From Antedon mediterranea (Eukaryota; Animalia; Echinodermata), in the NCBI RefSeq assembly GCF_964355755.1, contig NC_092671.1, positions 37,706,304 through 37,770,303 on the forward strand: 64,000 nt of DNA, written 5' to 3'. The notes under the pieces were generated by a model. It made no database searches. It saw only the letters and a list, made by a program, of their open reading frames with translations, and was not told the origin of the DNA. Positions within the stretch are counted from its first letter, which is position 1, and each line of letters starts with the position of its first letter. The position numbers were made by a program, and so were the translations under genes. Of the stretch, positions 12,107 to 24,994 are shown in pieces.

Positions 12107-12893
12107 GGGCCTGTTTCTGCTGCAACTGCTCAAAATACGGTATAAAAATACGGTATTTTTTATACCGTATTTTTTAGTACCCCGTTTCTGCTAACAATAC
12201 TTCTTGGGTGGTCGTGTTAAATTTCATCTTTTTTACCCAAATTGCCATTCATTTATTTGATCGATAATTAAAGGAAGTTTTACGTCTCACTTTCAACAGC
12301 CTAGCCCTAGTGATAGAGATGTTGTGAGAGCACAGAAAACATCGTAATGGGGACAATTAATTCGTTCCCTCCCCGAGTTATTGTATTTTGCAATGTTGTA
12401 CTGCTTTCGCAGGCTCTTCAGCTTTGAGTTTACTTGCTTTGGAGACAAGTCTATTCCATACTCCTGCTTTATTTTTTTAGAAATGTCTTTATAAATGTGG
12501 TTACCTTTTAGTTGGCCAGACATTTTAGCTTCCCCACACAAATTTATTTAGTAAAACTGTGACGTCTTCGCTCCACATTTTCGCCGAATATATATATACA
12601 CGTGTGTAAAACAGCTGACAGCGACAGAAAATAAAAACACGAATGTTGACTTTTGTCATGTAAAAAAAAAAATACGGTATTTTTTATTGGCAGCAGAAAC
12701 GGGTACAAAAAATACGGTATAAATTTGTAAATACCGTATTTTATCCACAAATTTTGTGGGGAAAATACGGTATACAAAATACGGTATATTTTTTATGAGC
12801 GCAGTTTCTGCTGCCAAAAATATACCGTATATATACGGTATTCAAAAAATACCGTATAATATACGGTATTTAGTTGGCAGCAGAAACAGGGCC
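12107..12893 (-). mobile_element. Non-autonomous Harbinger element carrying only a Myb/SANT gene remnant
   Basis: TTA|GGGCCTGTTTCTGCTGCAACT ... AGTTGGCAGCAGAAACAGGGCC|TTA; 12 subterminal copies of ATAC(G/C)GTAT. Confidence 0.85.
12293..12578 (-). pseudogene. Myb/SANT-like (trihelix) DNA-binding protein, +1 frameshift after codon 10
   Basis: MWSEDVTVLL/INLCGEAKMSGQLKGNHIYKDISKKIKQEYGIDLSPKQVNSKLKSLRKQYNIAKYNNSGRERINCPHYDVF fits the Harbinger ORF2 trihelix pattern (W-S-x3-T-x2-L-I-x-L...Q-x3-K-x-K-x-L-x3-Y...SG...CP(F/H)Y). Confidence 0.8.
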
Positions 12894-14274
12894 TTATTAA
12901 AAGTCAATGTGGTAAATAAAGATATGTGAGATATGATATGATATGATAGATGTAAAAAACAATGTAGGCCTAGCCTACTATAAATTACAAATTGGTTATG
13001 TATGTTTTTATTTTTCGTCACATAAAGAAAACACGTTTTAAAATAACTTTCTAGTTTTCTTTTCATTCATAAATGCACCTGATTGCTTGGTTTAAATAGG
13101 TAAATTTTATATTTGATTCAAAGAATTTTACTAATAAATTGGTGTCGGATTTAAACCCAGTGCCACGTAGACTGACACCACATTTGAAACAAATTAATTT
13201 TAATTTAACAAATTATGCCACATATCCATTATGTAGTAATACATAATCTAACATTCCTAAACTAAATTATTAAAAAATCATATTAAATTTATGACGCTAT
13301 ATTATTCATTGCAGTTGAGTATACTTTATGGGAAAACATTAAATATAAATATTTAAATTGTTTATTATTGATCATAAATGTGGGTGTGAAATAAGAATGA
13401 TTGCAACAACTATGTTCAATGTATACTAAATGGATGTTTTGAATTTAATGTGTAACATTCTTTTATTACACAATAAGACATACTTCTAAATGATATTTAA
13501 AACATACACATTTAATATAATTTGCAAATATTTTTTGATAACTAATTTACAATACAGCACAAATATTAATTTTCATAATTTCGTACCAGTATATTAAAAA
13601 TAGAATCATATTAGACGTATAGTACTGTACATAATTTGATAGGTTATAATAATAATGTGTTTATCCGTGAAAGTGTACCTGACAATTTTATATGCAACAC
13701 TCAGTTCATAGTACAGCACAAAGATCTGAGTGAGCTGTATAGTGGATTATATGATTGCCAAGAAAAAATGAAATGGCCATATAAGGTCATTTGAAAGGAA
13801 TATGATACATCCATATGGTGTGGCCAGTCATCCATGATACAAATTGCCTATTTCCACATTTGCCAGTGATTTTGACAAATTGCGCATTTGTTTACAAAAC
13901 AGTGTCTTGGTATATGTTCAGCTAATACAAATATAGAGTAACAATTCATTGTGTATTAAAAGATAATTAAAACAATTTAATTGAGGCAATTTAATAAGAT
14001 GAATCAAAGCATATTCATTCTAGGTTGCAAGCTGTCAATATTTAAGGTGGCCTCTAGTGTACCATAGGCTTTAAACACATATACAGTACAGTAACAGAGA
14101 GGTACCACTAGTAAATTGTTATATGATAACACAAACCTCCATATCATTGAGGAAATAATTTCCACCATGATAAAACAAACTCTGGAAAAATTGAGGCAAG
14201 CCATTATCATTTTGTAGTGTTATAACTTATATTATCACTGGACAGTAGCATAGGTACAGTGTACCAAGTGTCTT

Positions 14275-14718
14275 TTTATATTTTATTTTTTATTTTATTT
14301 CATACTCATCCAACAGCGAGCACAAACTCGCAAATTATAGGATGTATATACACTATTTTATAATTTGTCATGCTTAAATTTAGATCTCATTTGAGGCTTA
14401 GTTAGTGCTGAAGATTTGTGATTACAACCAGGTACCAGGTCAGTATTGGACCCTGGCACTAGGTCAGGATTGAACCCGGGCACTAGGTCAGTATTGAACC
14501 TGGGCACTAGGTCAGGATTGAACCCGGGCACTAGGTCAGTATTGAACCTGGGCACTAGGTCAGGATTAAACCTGGGCATTAGGTCAGTATTGGACCCTGT
14601 TACTAGGTCAAGATTGGAACCTTGTACTAGGTCAGAATTGAACCCTGGCATTAGGTCAGGATTGAACCCTGGACCTTAGGATTGGAAGGCAATCATGTTA
14701 ACCACCAAGCTACAGCTC
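14275..14718 (-). mobile_element. tRNA-Gly-derived SINE with an internal 24-bp tandem array (about 10 units, 14427-14666)
   Basis: Head GTAGCTTGGTGGTTAACATGATTGCCTTCCAATCC resembles tRNA-Gly(TCC); body and tail match 23057-23270 and 47641-47860. Confidence 0.8.
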
Positions 14719-15059
14719 ATTCATGTTAACTATAAGAACAACACAAATTGATGATACAAGTAAGATAGTTTTATGAAACAAACTCCAGTATATGCTATAT
14801 CAGTTTTACATTTCTTGATTTGAAGTTTTATGATTATAGCTAAAATTGAAATGTTATATGTGCTTGATGTCCATTAGTATTTTGAAAATTCAGTAGCCAA
14901 AAAATTTAAAATGATTAAAAGTATAAGTAATGATTGATATGTTTGTGACATGGTTAAGTTTATGGAATGTATTTTAATTTATAGGCATGTGTTTAAATGT
15001 TTAAAGTGATTCTATTCATGTTCGATACTGGATAGACAAAACCGTAATACGTACAGTAG

Positions 15060-15375
15060 CTATAGTTAAAATATACAATGTACATATTAAAAAAGACAAT
15101 TAAGTCGACAAATAAAAAGTAAACTTATTTCCAATGGGGTCCAATCCGTATAAACTGAAAAAGTGAGTGGTTGAGCCTAGTACAATATAAGATTAAGTTG
15201 GACGCAGAAAAAATGGAAAAACAAGAAAATACATATAAAACAAGATAACATAAAAAAAAATATTATAAAATAACTTAATAAAACTGAGATTCCAAGCTGT
15301 TCATTATTAAAATATTCTTTAAGCTTTATTTTGAAGGTTGAATTATTTTGTATTGATTTAAGTGAATTTGGGAGC
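15060..15375 (-). mobile_element. LINE 3' fragment (CR1/L2 group)
   Basis: LPNSLKSIQNNSTFKIKLKEYF* followed by a T-rich UTR. Confidence 0.5.
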
Positions 15376-15384
15376 CTATAACAT

Positions 15385-15655
15385 CGGTAAGGGTTCAAGA
15401 CTCACTTGCATCATGGTTCTGGTGGTAGAATGAGTCTTCTCGAAAAGGATTATAATCTGTAAGTCCAATGTATACATCTTGCTCATGTACACTTTAAAGA
15501 ACCTAGTACATCTTTCGAGACGTGTAGAGGGTTACCCCGGTGTACTAGTTCACAGCCACTTTCACAAACTCATTATACACTGGGCCCTCTGGGAGAACAG
15601 TCTTAGACTATGAAGAGGCTACCCAGTATTAAGAATAAATAATAAAAATAATAAT
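15385..15655 (+). mobile_element. Deu-domain-like tRNA SINE (5'-truncated)
   Basis: B box GGTTCAAGAC; core GTCTTCTCG..AAGGA..TTTAAAGAACC..GTAGAGGGTTACCCCGGTGT; AATA-repeat tail. Confidence 0.7.
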
Positions 15656-17423
15656 TTACATTAAATATTTAATATATATGTATTTTTTCCCCTTTATGTT
15701 TATAAAAATGTAGACACTAATTTGTTCTTGAGCTATGGAGAATATTGTACTCTGTATTATTTTTTCCGAAATAAAGGATGAAATGAATTAATATCTTGGT
15801 GCCAAATGAATGTCTATTGAAAATGAACATTAACATGGATATTAAATTGTAAATGTTGTTGTATCATAAGTTGTTTTTTGTTGTTGAAATATTCGTAATA
15901 GGATTACTAACCCTTGGGAAATACACTGTGTTATGTCATTCAATGTATTCAACAAATTTAGAATTTCAAATGTGTTCATTTTTTAATAACATGGTAGATA
16001 TGATGAATTTAATAATTTGATGAGGGATGTTGGGGATATGTTGTGATGATTATTACACTTATTGGGGGTGGGCACAGATTGTTATATATCTCAAAAGAGA
16101 CAAATTAGAGGTTGATCTAGAATTTAAAACAATTCAATATGTAGTATTTTTTCAAATTTTTCTATAATTTCGAAATAGAGGTTCGTTATTGTGCAATCTT
16201 TACTCCACACACCATTTTCTCAATTGGGGAACCTTGTGAAAGTTAAAATACATATAATAGTCTAGAGGGCTCACTTCTTAAACTTTCAAATTCTAGGCAT
16301 TATGTTTAAAACTGACTAAAACATCAAACATTTATCATGATTATATTTTTTTTTATTTTTAAGACAATCTAAAAAAAACCCAGATGTATATTCTGCTGAT
16401 GTCTTGTTGTTTGCGTGGCATTTGTGTGCTTGCCATTGTATCAATCGGACTTATAAATTACGTATGATAAACACATAAATAATAAATTAACAACACATAA
16501 AATATCATTTACAGTTTTTTTCTATTTGAACTGTGTCAAATAAGTAAACTTAAGAAATATGAAAATTAGTTGTTGAGGCATAACAGAGAAGGTGTTTGTT
16601 TTTAGCATTTTCCAACTTATGATTTGTTACCATGGTTATACAATATTATATCAGTGCTCCCGAGAATTTCTAACCTTTTCTTGTATGGCATTAAGCGCTT
16701 GATATTTACACCTTATAATGTCGTTAGTTACAAGTTTACCCATGATGCACCATTAAGCTGAAAGCTCATTTGTTTTAGTAGCGTATTTATTGGACGCTAA
16801 TGAACTCCCAAATGAAAACTCCACTTCCCTGGGTAGATGTATTGACACTGTTGGAGAGAGAAACACAAGTTTAAGTGAAAAATGCTCATATAGAGGAAAT
16901 GAGATCGAGCGCATATACATTTAACATTATCGTAAATTTCATATTATATTGAGATTAAATTTTGAAATTATAGTTATATAATCATAAAATATATATTTGT
17001 GAATGAAGAATAACATTATTATTAACAAACAACATAGGTTATAAGATATAGGTATTTTTAAACATTATTTATTTGCCTATATGTTGTGGAAAACGTTTAT
17101 TAAATTGTAATCATATACAATAATTATATTAAAAAAATATTTAAAAAAATTGTTGTTTTTAATAATTCCATTTCATTTATTTATTCGACATCATGTCCTG
17201 GGACCCCAAAAGCACCATAACATGAAATGTCTGGGGCCCTAGAAGAACTTAACTACATAAAATTAAAAATCAAAATACAGTTAAAAAAACATTAAAAAAT
17301 TTCAATTACCGTAGTTGTCTAGTCCTAAACATTCTGGTAACATCTGAACAATTCTATATTCATTTGATGTCTATCAGTAGCTTGACTTACTGTTCCATTT
17401 TGCAAAAACATAGAGCCACGTTA

Positions 17424-17610
17424 AGCTCTGTCTACACTATCGAACTTTGTGTGACAAAAAAAAGTGATGTGGCCATAATGGACATGATGTCATATCACTA
17501 CCATATTTAAGCATATCACTACCATATTTAAGCATATCACTACCATATTTAAGCATATCACTACCATATTTGTTTTTTTGTCGAACTAGTTTGATATTGT
17601 AGACTGAGCT
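17424..17610 (+). mobile_element. MITE family A copy (4 x 21-bp units)
   Basis: TTA|AGCTCTGTCTACAC ... GTAGACTGAGCT|TTA. Confidence 0.88.
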
Positions 17611-18537
17611 TTAGTACTGAAAATAAAGTTGTCAATCAAATAATGATAGAGTAGTCACAAGTTTGAAATATTAAAGTGAGACACCTAGTGTTTGGTTTTA
17701 AATGCTTTGATATAAACCTTAAATTGTTTGCTGCCCTCTCTAATATAAGATTTTCTTTCTATAAGAAGATTTCACTAAAATTCATAGAAAATCTGCTTAG
17801 CGATAGAATAAATACTACCCTCATTTGATTTGTTTAATGTAAAGAAAGAAAAGTCAATTTAAAAAAAAAATTTTAAAAAGCAATTTTACTCATAAATAGG
17901 AAACAAACATTATATTTACCACATTTTTTAACATAACATTAATTCACAATGTTGTGACTTCATTTTCTTTAAATATTTATTTATTATTATTTATAAGTTC
18001 ATACAATACCGTATCAAGATTAAGATAATAAGATTTATAAAGCGCCCATATTCACAAAGTGCTCAAGACGCTTGTAAAAACCATGAAAAATACAAATCTA
18101 AAAACAAAAACAAAAATTGAAAAAAACTGGGGAAAAAAAGCAGACCTATTGAACCCACATCAAGCTAATACTTGTTTGCGGTTTAACTGGTACAATCAAT
18201 CTAATTTGGAAATTGAATAAAATCATGTATCATTATATCTTCCAATAAAAGCAATGATTTATTTTATTAACCGAGATCGGAACTAATAATTTGCGGACTA
18301 AATGAACAGAGTGATGTAAGATATGATGACATTTATTAAAGTGTCTAGTGTATCTATCTATTGATTCCTTTGTATCAACACATTGTCATAAGTTTGTCTC
18401 TTTGCTGTTTTCTTTTCCATTAGTGTGCCCTAGTTAGATGTTTGAAGGTTTCAGACTGAGATTATCTAGTGGCGCTGATCTAATATTATTTTTAAATTGC
18501 TCTACAGTGGGATTTAAAATTGTAAATTTATCTTTCA

Positions 18538-18775
18538 AGATATATTGTCCCCCTAAAAAAAAATTTTTTTAATTAATTTTTTTTTAAATATGCCATTCTA
18601 ACGTCACATAATAGTTACTCACTTTCACCAAATACTAGATAGAAAAAAAAAATGATTTACCTGAAAAAAATGTAGTTTAAAGGAAAAAATATTCACATTG
18701 TTTGTCAGGCAATAGTTTTTGGTTAAAATTAACCATTTCGTTTGTCTTTTTATAAGTGAAATAATTATTTTTTGA
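18538..18775 (-). mobile_element. Partial Kolobok-like MITE family B copy
   Basis: AGATATATTGTCCCCC terminus; internal sequence is the reverse complement of family B. Confidence 0.65.
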
Positions 18776-19244
18776 AGTTAATATTTAATTATTTTAATAA
18801 TATTTAATGCCAAGAAATATGAGATAATATTATGATCTTCAATGTATTGAATCATAGTGATTTAACATTGAATATGATAGCAAAACATCACTGCAACATT
18901 TATGACTAGATCTGTGATGTATATGTATGTATATTAGTGTACTTAAAACCTTGCCTAATTTACCAGCTAATTTTAAAACAATTAAATAAAAATGAAATTC
19001 ACTACAGCACTAAAATTTATTTACCCTCGTTTTCATTACCAATCCGTCTTTTCTTGCCATATGCTTGTCAAGTAACGAAATTAAAAGTCATAATATTTTA
19101 CATGAGAATGTAATAATTTGTCCGATTGCAGTTGAGGTACCCAAGAGCTTACATTATTTTCAGGTATGGCACGATAGTTGACATGTGTTTATGTTACTGA
19201 AATTATAATGGTCAGAAATTCAGCTGTAGTTATCACAACATTCT

Positions 19245-19790
19245 GTTCATCATTTTCATAATCATTGTAATCATTAATAATATTAATATTATTAATTAAT
19301 ATTATCATTATTTTCATTATCATAAATATCATCATTATATTATCATTATCATCAATATCATCATTTTCATTATTAATTTCATCATTATTATTATCATCAA
19401 TTTCATCATCATCATAATTTTCATCATTTTCATTATTATTATTAATTTCATCATTATTATTATCATCAATTTCATCATCATCATCAATATCATCATTTTC
19501 ATTATTATCATTATTATTTTCATCATGATGATCATCAATTTCATCATCATCATCATCATTTTCATAATTTTCCTTATTTTCGTTATCAATTTCATCATTT
19601 TCATCATCATCATCAATATCATCATTTTCAATATTATCATTATTATTTCATCATTATTATTATCATCAATTTCATCATCATCATTTTCATCATTTTCCTT
19701 ATTATCGTTATCAATTTCATCATTTTCATCATTATTATCATCATTATATTTATTATTATCATTATTTTCATTATCATTATTATCATTATT
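19245..19790. repeat. Degenerate (ATC/ATT)n trinucleotide microsatellite, about 550 bp
   Basis: Continuous CAT/ATT/TTC triplets. Confidence 0.95.
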
Positions 19791-20788
19791 CTAGTGTATA
19801 TTTTAATATTATTTATATGATATTTGAACACATTGAAACATTAAAAATGTTTGCCATTAAAACAGGTACTATCTATAATATGTTTAAAAAAAGTGTAATT
19901 AAATGAATAAGTATGGATCGACAATATTTGTATGTTACTGTTTCATTTTTAACCAGAAGTTCATGAATTTAGAATTTCATCTACAGTTATCACAATATTT
20001 ATATTTATATTTAATATTATATTTTTATAATCATTATTATTTATTATTCTGAGTTTATTTTTTAATGTTTATATGTTATTTGAAAACATAAGAAAAACAG
20101 ATGCTGTATCTATACCTGATAGATTTTTATCCTGTATTATATGTTTTTAAATAAATAAAATAAAATCAATAAACAAGATCCACAATTTCATATGTGAAAT
20201 TTTACTTTTGTTTTTCTTTTATGCATGAAAAGATATCCGACAGCAAGGACGTCACTTTATTAAGTGTATAGTACGTGTATAGACAGTACCAGTAAATAAT
20301 TTTAATGCTGGAATGGTTAATTATCACTCATGTGTTTAGGCCCCTGTCCGTTTTAGTTATAATTGTGTATTTACACTTTAAAAGCCTTATTGGTCTAGAT
20401 CATATTGGTAGAGTCTGGGATTAATAATCCTGGACAGAATGGTAAGACCAGGTGAGACGAAGTCCTAATCGTATTTTCTGCCTTATCTATGTTCAATCAT
20501 TTATATGTTCGTTATAAATTGAATGTAGTTCCATTATTCAACTTTGTACATACTCACTTTGTATAAATTAATGTAAGAAATTCTGACATCAATGACATAA
20601 GTCCATGTACAATTTATAGGCATTCACAGATATACCTACCCCTTTAGTAATAATGGTTGAGTCTAAAAACCAACAGTACCTACAGTAGAGTTTAGTTGAA
20701 GCTGACAACCAGACAAGCAGCTCAAAATTGACGATACTAACTTTGAGGATATTAAATTTTGCGTAATAGGTGTCTAATAATTGTCTTG

Positions 20789-20929
20789 ATGTTACCTTAT
20801 GTAGCCGTCATCACTATTTTAATTTTTGTCATTGGGGCCCTTCTTTTAATATGTTGTTTTAGTACCGTTACAATGCATGCTGGGACTGTACGTACTCAGA
20901 CCCAAATTGTTGATGGGGTAAACCGTAAG
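20789..20929 (+). CDS. Candidate alternative first coding exon with a hydrophobic signal/membrane anchor (phase 0)
   Basis: MLPYVAVITILIFVIGALLLICCFSTVTMHAGTVRTQTQIVDGVNRK then AAG|GTAAGA; 141 nt. Confidence 0.5.
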
Positions 20930-21004
20930 GTAAGAACATAAACATTGTTTTCAGATAGGTTAATTAAAAATGTAGAGAAGGAAAAATAAATACAGCTGAA
21001 AAAG

Positions 21005-21430
21005 TCCCTTAATAGGGATGTTTCCTGAATAGAATTAGCCATATAGTTCATTGACTTCATTCAGTTTAGGGGAAAGTGTCCATTAATAGGGGTGTCTCCA
21101 GTGGTGTAACATGGAGGTCTGAGGCCCATGGTTTAGGAACCCTCCAACGCTGTATACCTCGGGCGTTTTTAGAGTTTTTGACATATTTAATGCCTGTATT
21201 TACTCTGGGCACTGCTCAGGAACCTCATAAGCTCCAGGGCCCCTGGGTTTAGCCAGTGAGCACTCATAGCCTTTACTCCACTGGGGTCTCCTGGATGGAC
21301 GTTAGCCATAGTATATTGACTCTCAGTTGGTTTACGGGAGAGTGTCCCCTTAATAGGAGTGTCCACTTAATAGGAGTGTCCCCTTAATAGGAGTGTCCAC
21401 TTAATAGGAGTGTCCACTTAATAGGGTGTC
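21005..21430. repeat. Repeat element with GTGTCCCTTAATAGG units (about 17-bp array at 21340-21430)
   Basis: Repeated GAGTGTCC(C/A)CTTAATAG; longer unit of about 75 bp duplicated. Confidence 0.75.
21099..21283. mobile_element. hAT-like MITE nested in the repeat above
   Basis: GGTGTCTC|CAGTGGTGTA ... TACTCCACTG|GG-GTCTC; removing it restores the neighbouring repeat unit. Confidence 0.65.
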
Positions 21431-22144
21431 TCATAAATAGAAGTTGGTCATAGTATATTGTTTCCATTATGTTTACTGAAAATAGGGATTTTTCAAAATA
21501 GAGGTTAATGTTGTACTGCAATTTTACCACGATAGAAAAATAATTTATGACCGTTTTGATTTTAGTTTTCAAATTGAGATACAGTTATATTAAACGTGCT
21601 AATGTGTACACATTATGAAGGAGATGGTGTGATTTATTTACTTTCGAACATGAAGAGTGTATTGGTAATTAAGAGCAGGGCACTCAGCAGCAACACAACA
21701 TGATCTTTCAATTGGTATATGCTAATGCATGAATTAACATTAATTCCCAGGTGGGAGATCCAGATTAAGTTTAATGATTAGAGAGTATCTAGTGGAATAC
21801 AATTACTTTAAAATCTGAAGAGAAGGGGGCGGCTCCGTAGATTAAAATAGTACTGTGATCTAAGCAAACGTATTAATAGGCAATACCTATCATTTTTAGA
21901 GTTAAATGTAAATATGTTAAATTCTGTATACTAAAGGGTGAGCTCGCTTCGCTCGCTCCCCCTCTAGGAAGTGTAGACGATGGTTCTCGGAATGATAATG
22001 ACTCGGGACGTAAACAGTTTTAGAAGGACATTTTGGCCTGGACAATTTCGGTCGGTTACCATTATTTAAATGCTTTTGATATTCGAAAAAAAAAAAACGT
22101 CTTAGATGATTAATAGTGTTTTAGGCGTATAGTGTTTATTGTAG

Positions 22145-22465
22145 ATAATAATAATAATAATAATACCACATTTATATAGCGCCCTTTTCATGAGTAATCA
22201 TGCTCAAAGGCGCTTTACAAGCATTATTACCCCAGTATTTGCTTTGGGATCAAACACGTATGGAAACATACTCCCATAATGCAGCCGGTAACCAGCGCAA
22301 AGTTGTGTCTAGATCTAACTGGGTACCCATTTATACACCTGGGTGGAGAGAGGCAACGTAAGTAAAGTATCTTGCCTACGGATACAAGCAATGCGGCGAG
22401 AGTTGGATTCGAACCTAGGTCTGACGATCGGTAGTCCAACGTCCAACGCACTGCGCCACACGCCC
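22145..22465 (-). mobile_element. tRNA-derived CORE-like SINE with L2-type tail, full length
   Basis: A box GTGGCGCAGTG, B box GGTTCGAATCC, CORE-like GGCAAGATACTT..CCACCCAGGTGTATAAATGGG, tail TGTAAAGCGCCTTTGAGC..GCGCTATATAAAT-(ATT)n; near-identical to 30976-31286. Confidence 0.85.
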
Positions 22466-23056
22466 TTACACCTTAGATCTATGAAAAGTGGTAAAAAAGA
22501 ATAAAAAATGCTTGGTAAATTGTAGATAACAGTCCGAAGAAATCTACTAAAAATAGTATAATTGTGTTATAAATATAATACAATTTGTGTGTATAAATGT
22601 GGATGGGCGTATTAGATGTATTTGGGGTGGGGGGAGGGGTTGAGTAGCGAGATAATTATTTGAATTGATGTTTTATTGGGGAGGTGTTCCAGGTGTTTAT
22701 TCAAATAAATACCATCCTAATTGGTATAATTAATACATTATTCCGTGACACAGTGGCCTAAGAAGGAAGACGTTTTAGACGGCTTGCAACATGGGCAGCC
22801 AACACCTTACCGTGAACCCGGAAATTACTTCTACCGTGCGTAGAGTTAAAATTTACTGATTGAAATCAGAAAATTTCTTATAAAACCCTTTATAATATCT
22901 TCCAAAGATAGAAATATGGAACAATAACGTTTCGCGGTACATCTAAGATAGATAAGATAGGTATCCAAGGCGGAGATTTATACCAAAGTTTTTGCATTGT
23001 GCTCGCCTATGTCAGAATTAACCATAATTTATATAATAGATAATGATTTTTTTAAA

Positions 23057-23270
23057 TTTTTTATTTCATACACATCCAACAGCGAGCACTAACTCGCCAA
23101 TTACATGATGGATAAACTATTTATAATTTATCATGCTTATAAACTAATTTGAGGCTTAGAGAGTGGAGTTGAAAGAATTGCGAGTTACAACCCTGGCACT
23201 AGGTCAGGATTAAACCCGGACCCTGGGATTGGAAGGCAAGCATGTTAACCACCAAGCTACAGCTCCACTA
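23057..23270 (-). mobile_element. tRNA-Gly-derived SINE
   Basis: Same head, body and tail as 14275 and 47641, with a single B-box unit. Confidence 0.8.
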
Positions 23271-23984
23271 TCCACTCCATAATACTTAATAATACTAATG
23301 ATAATAATGTATAGGATATTGATAATTGCAATAACAAGAGAAGTCAAAGAGTTGCGACCTCCACCAGGGTTAGAAAGTAAAAACACAGCCAAAATCATGA
23401 TCCTGTCAAAAATTAAAAGGACGCTATGTTTGCATACCATGCATGGTCTGTGCGCAAAAATATATGCATCCATTTTTTTTATTTGACTGTTATAAAATAC
23501 TAAAAAACAACCAAAGGTTGTAATGAAGAGTTTACAATAATTCAGAACGCCAAAACAGTACATCAAACTAAACAATAAGAAGAAATAAAACAATAAAAAA
23601 ATATGTGCAATGCCTAAAACAGGCTGAGATTTACTCAAAAATTAGATTTAATTTGATTTTTAAAATTGCAATATCTGTATTGTAATTAGCTGATGAGAAT
23701 TTCTTCTCACCAATAGAAATGTTTAAAAAGGGAATACAACTTGAGTGTCAATTTAAAATTGGAGCTGTATTAGTGATGCCTTTCATGTCAGATTAAATGA
23801 ATCTGTATCAATATTACACATTAAAATCATAGGTCTAATATCATTTAGCTTAGGTCTCGCTTAAATACATTGTTAATAAACTACTCAATCATCTTTAATA
23901 TACCTACAGCATTCTGTATGACGTAGTACTGTTTAGTTTAGTTCATTTAGCAACATTAGCGGGTATCATTATTCTCTGTCATTA

Positions 23985-24316
23985 TCAGCAGTGTCTAAAA
24001 CTCTGTCTACACTATCAAACGTGCCCATATATGGATACGATGATGTCATATCATTACCATATTTGGGTTATCAGCAGTGTCTAAAGCTTTGTCTACACTA
24101 TCAAACTTTATGTGACAAAAAAATGTGATGTGCCCATATATGGATACGATGATGTCATATCACTACCATATTTGGGTTATCAGCAGTGTCTAAAGCTTTG
24201 TCTACACTATCAAACTTTATGTGACAAAACAATGTGATGTGCCCATATATGGATAGACATGATGTCATATCACTATAATATTTGTGCACTTTTTTTTTCA
24301 ACTAGTAGACAGAGCC
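23985..24316 (+). mobile_element. Three tandem partial MITE family A copies, each with flank TTATCAGCAGTGTCTAA
   Basis: Flank plus left TIR repeated at about 23982, 24068 and 24177. Confidence 0.85.
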
Positions 24317-24848
24317 TTATGATTAAAAATAACTGATGTAATGAACTGGTATATTCAGGTTAACATTATGTAATGACAAGGTATGGCTAACTAATAGGAT
24401 ATATTATATGAAAGGTTGTCATACTTTATACATGATATTTAATCTTGGCTTTTATGTACACTGAATGTTAATGGTTTATGTATTAATGCATACAACATAT
24501 TATGTTTTCTGATTTTATAGAAACGTAGAGTTGTTTATTTATAGCGCATTTAATCCAGTGTGCTTTTTCCTGTCAAATTTTTGTATCAGCTAAATTTTCT
24601 AAGTCTATTACGTGCCTAGCTTGCCTGGATAAACTGACAAATGCCATATTTCTCCTCGAAGAGCGAGATATACTCGAAAGTAGAAAATTCATTGAACACC
24701 CCTCTCTCTCAATGGTACAGTCCACAAACAAACAAACAAACAAACAAACTTGTACTGAAATGGAATGGAAGGTGCAGAGGGACTGGAACATTATGTATAA
24801 TGTAATGTGCACATCATCAGTACAACATGAGACACTCATTTTCCATTA

Positions 24849-24994
24849 AGCTCTGTCTACACTAAACTAGTTTGACAAAAAAGGTGTGATGTGCCCAAAT
24901 ACGGTAGTGATCATATGACCAAATATGATAGTGATATGACATCATCATGTCCATATATGGGCACATCACATTTTTGTATAGTGAAGACAGAGCT
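24849..24994 (-). mobile_element. MITE family A copy
   Basis: TTA|AGCTCTGTCTACACT ... GACAGAGCT|TAA. Confidence 0.85.

Noticed and set aside
19335-19831. Met/Ile/Lys-rich ORFs
   Set aside because: Translations of an ATC/ATT microsatellite
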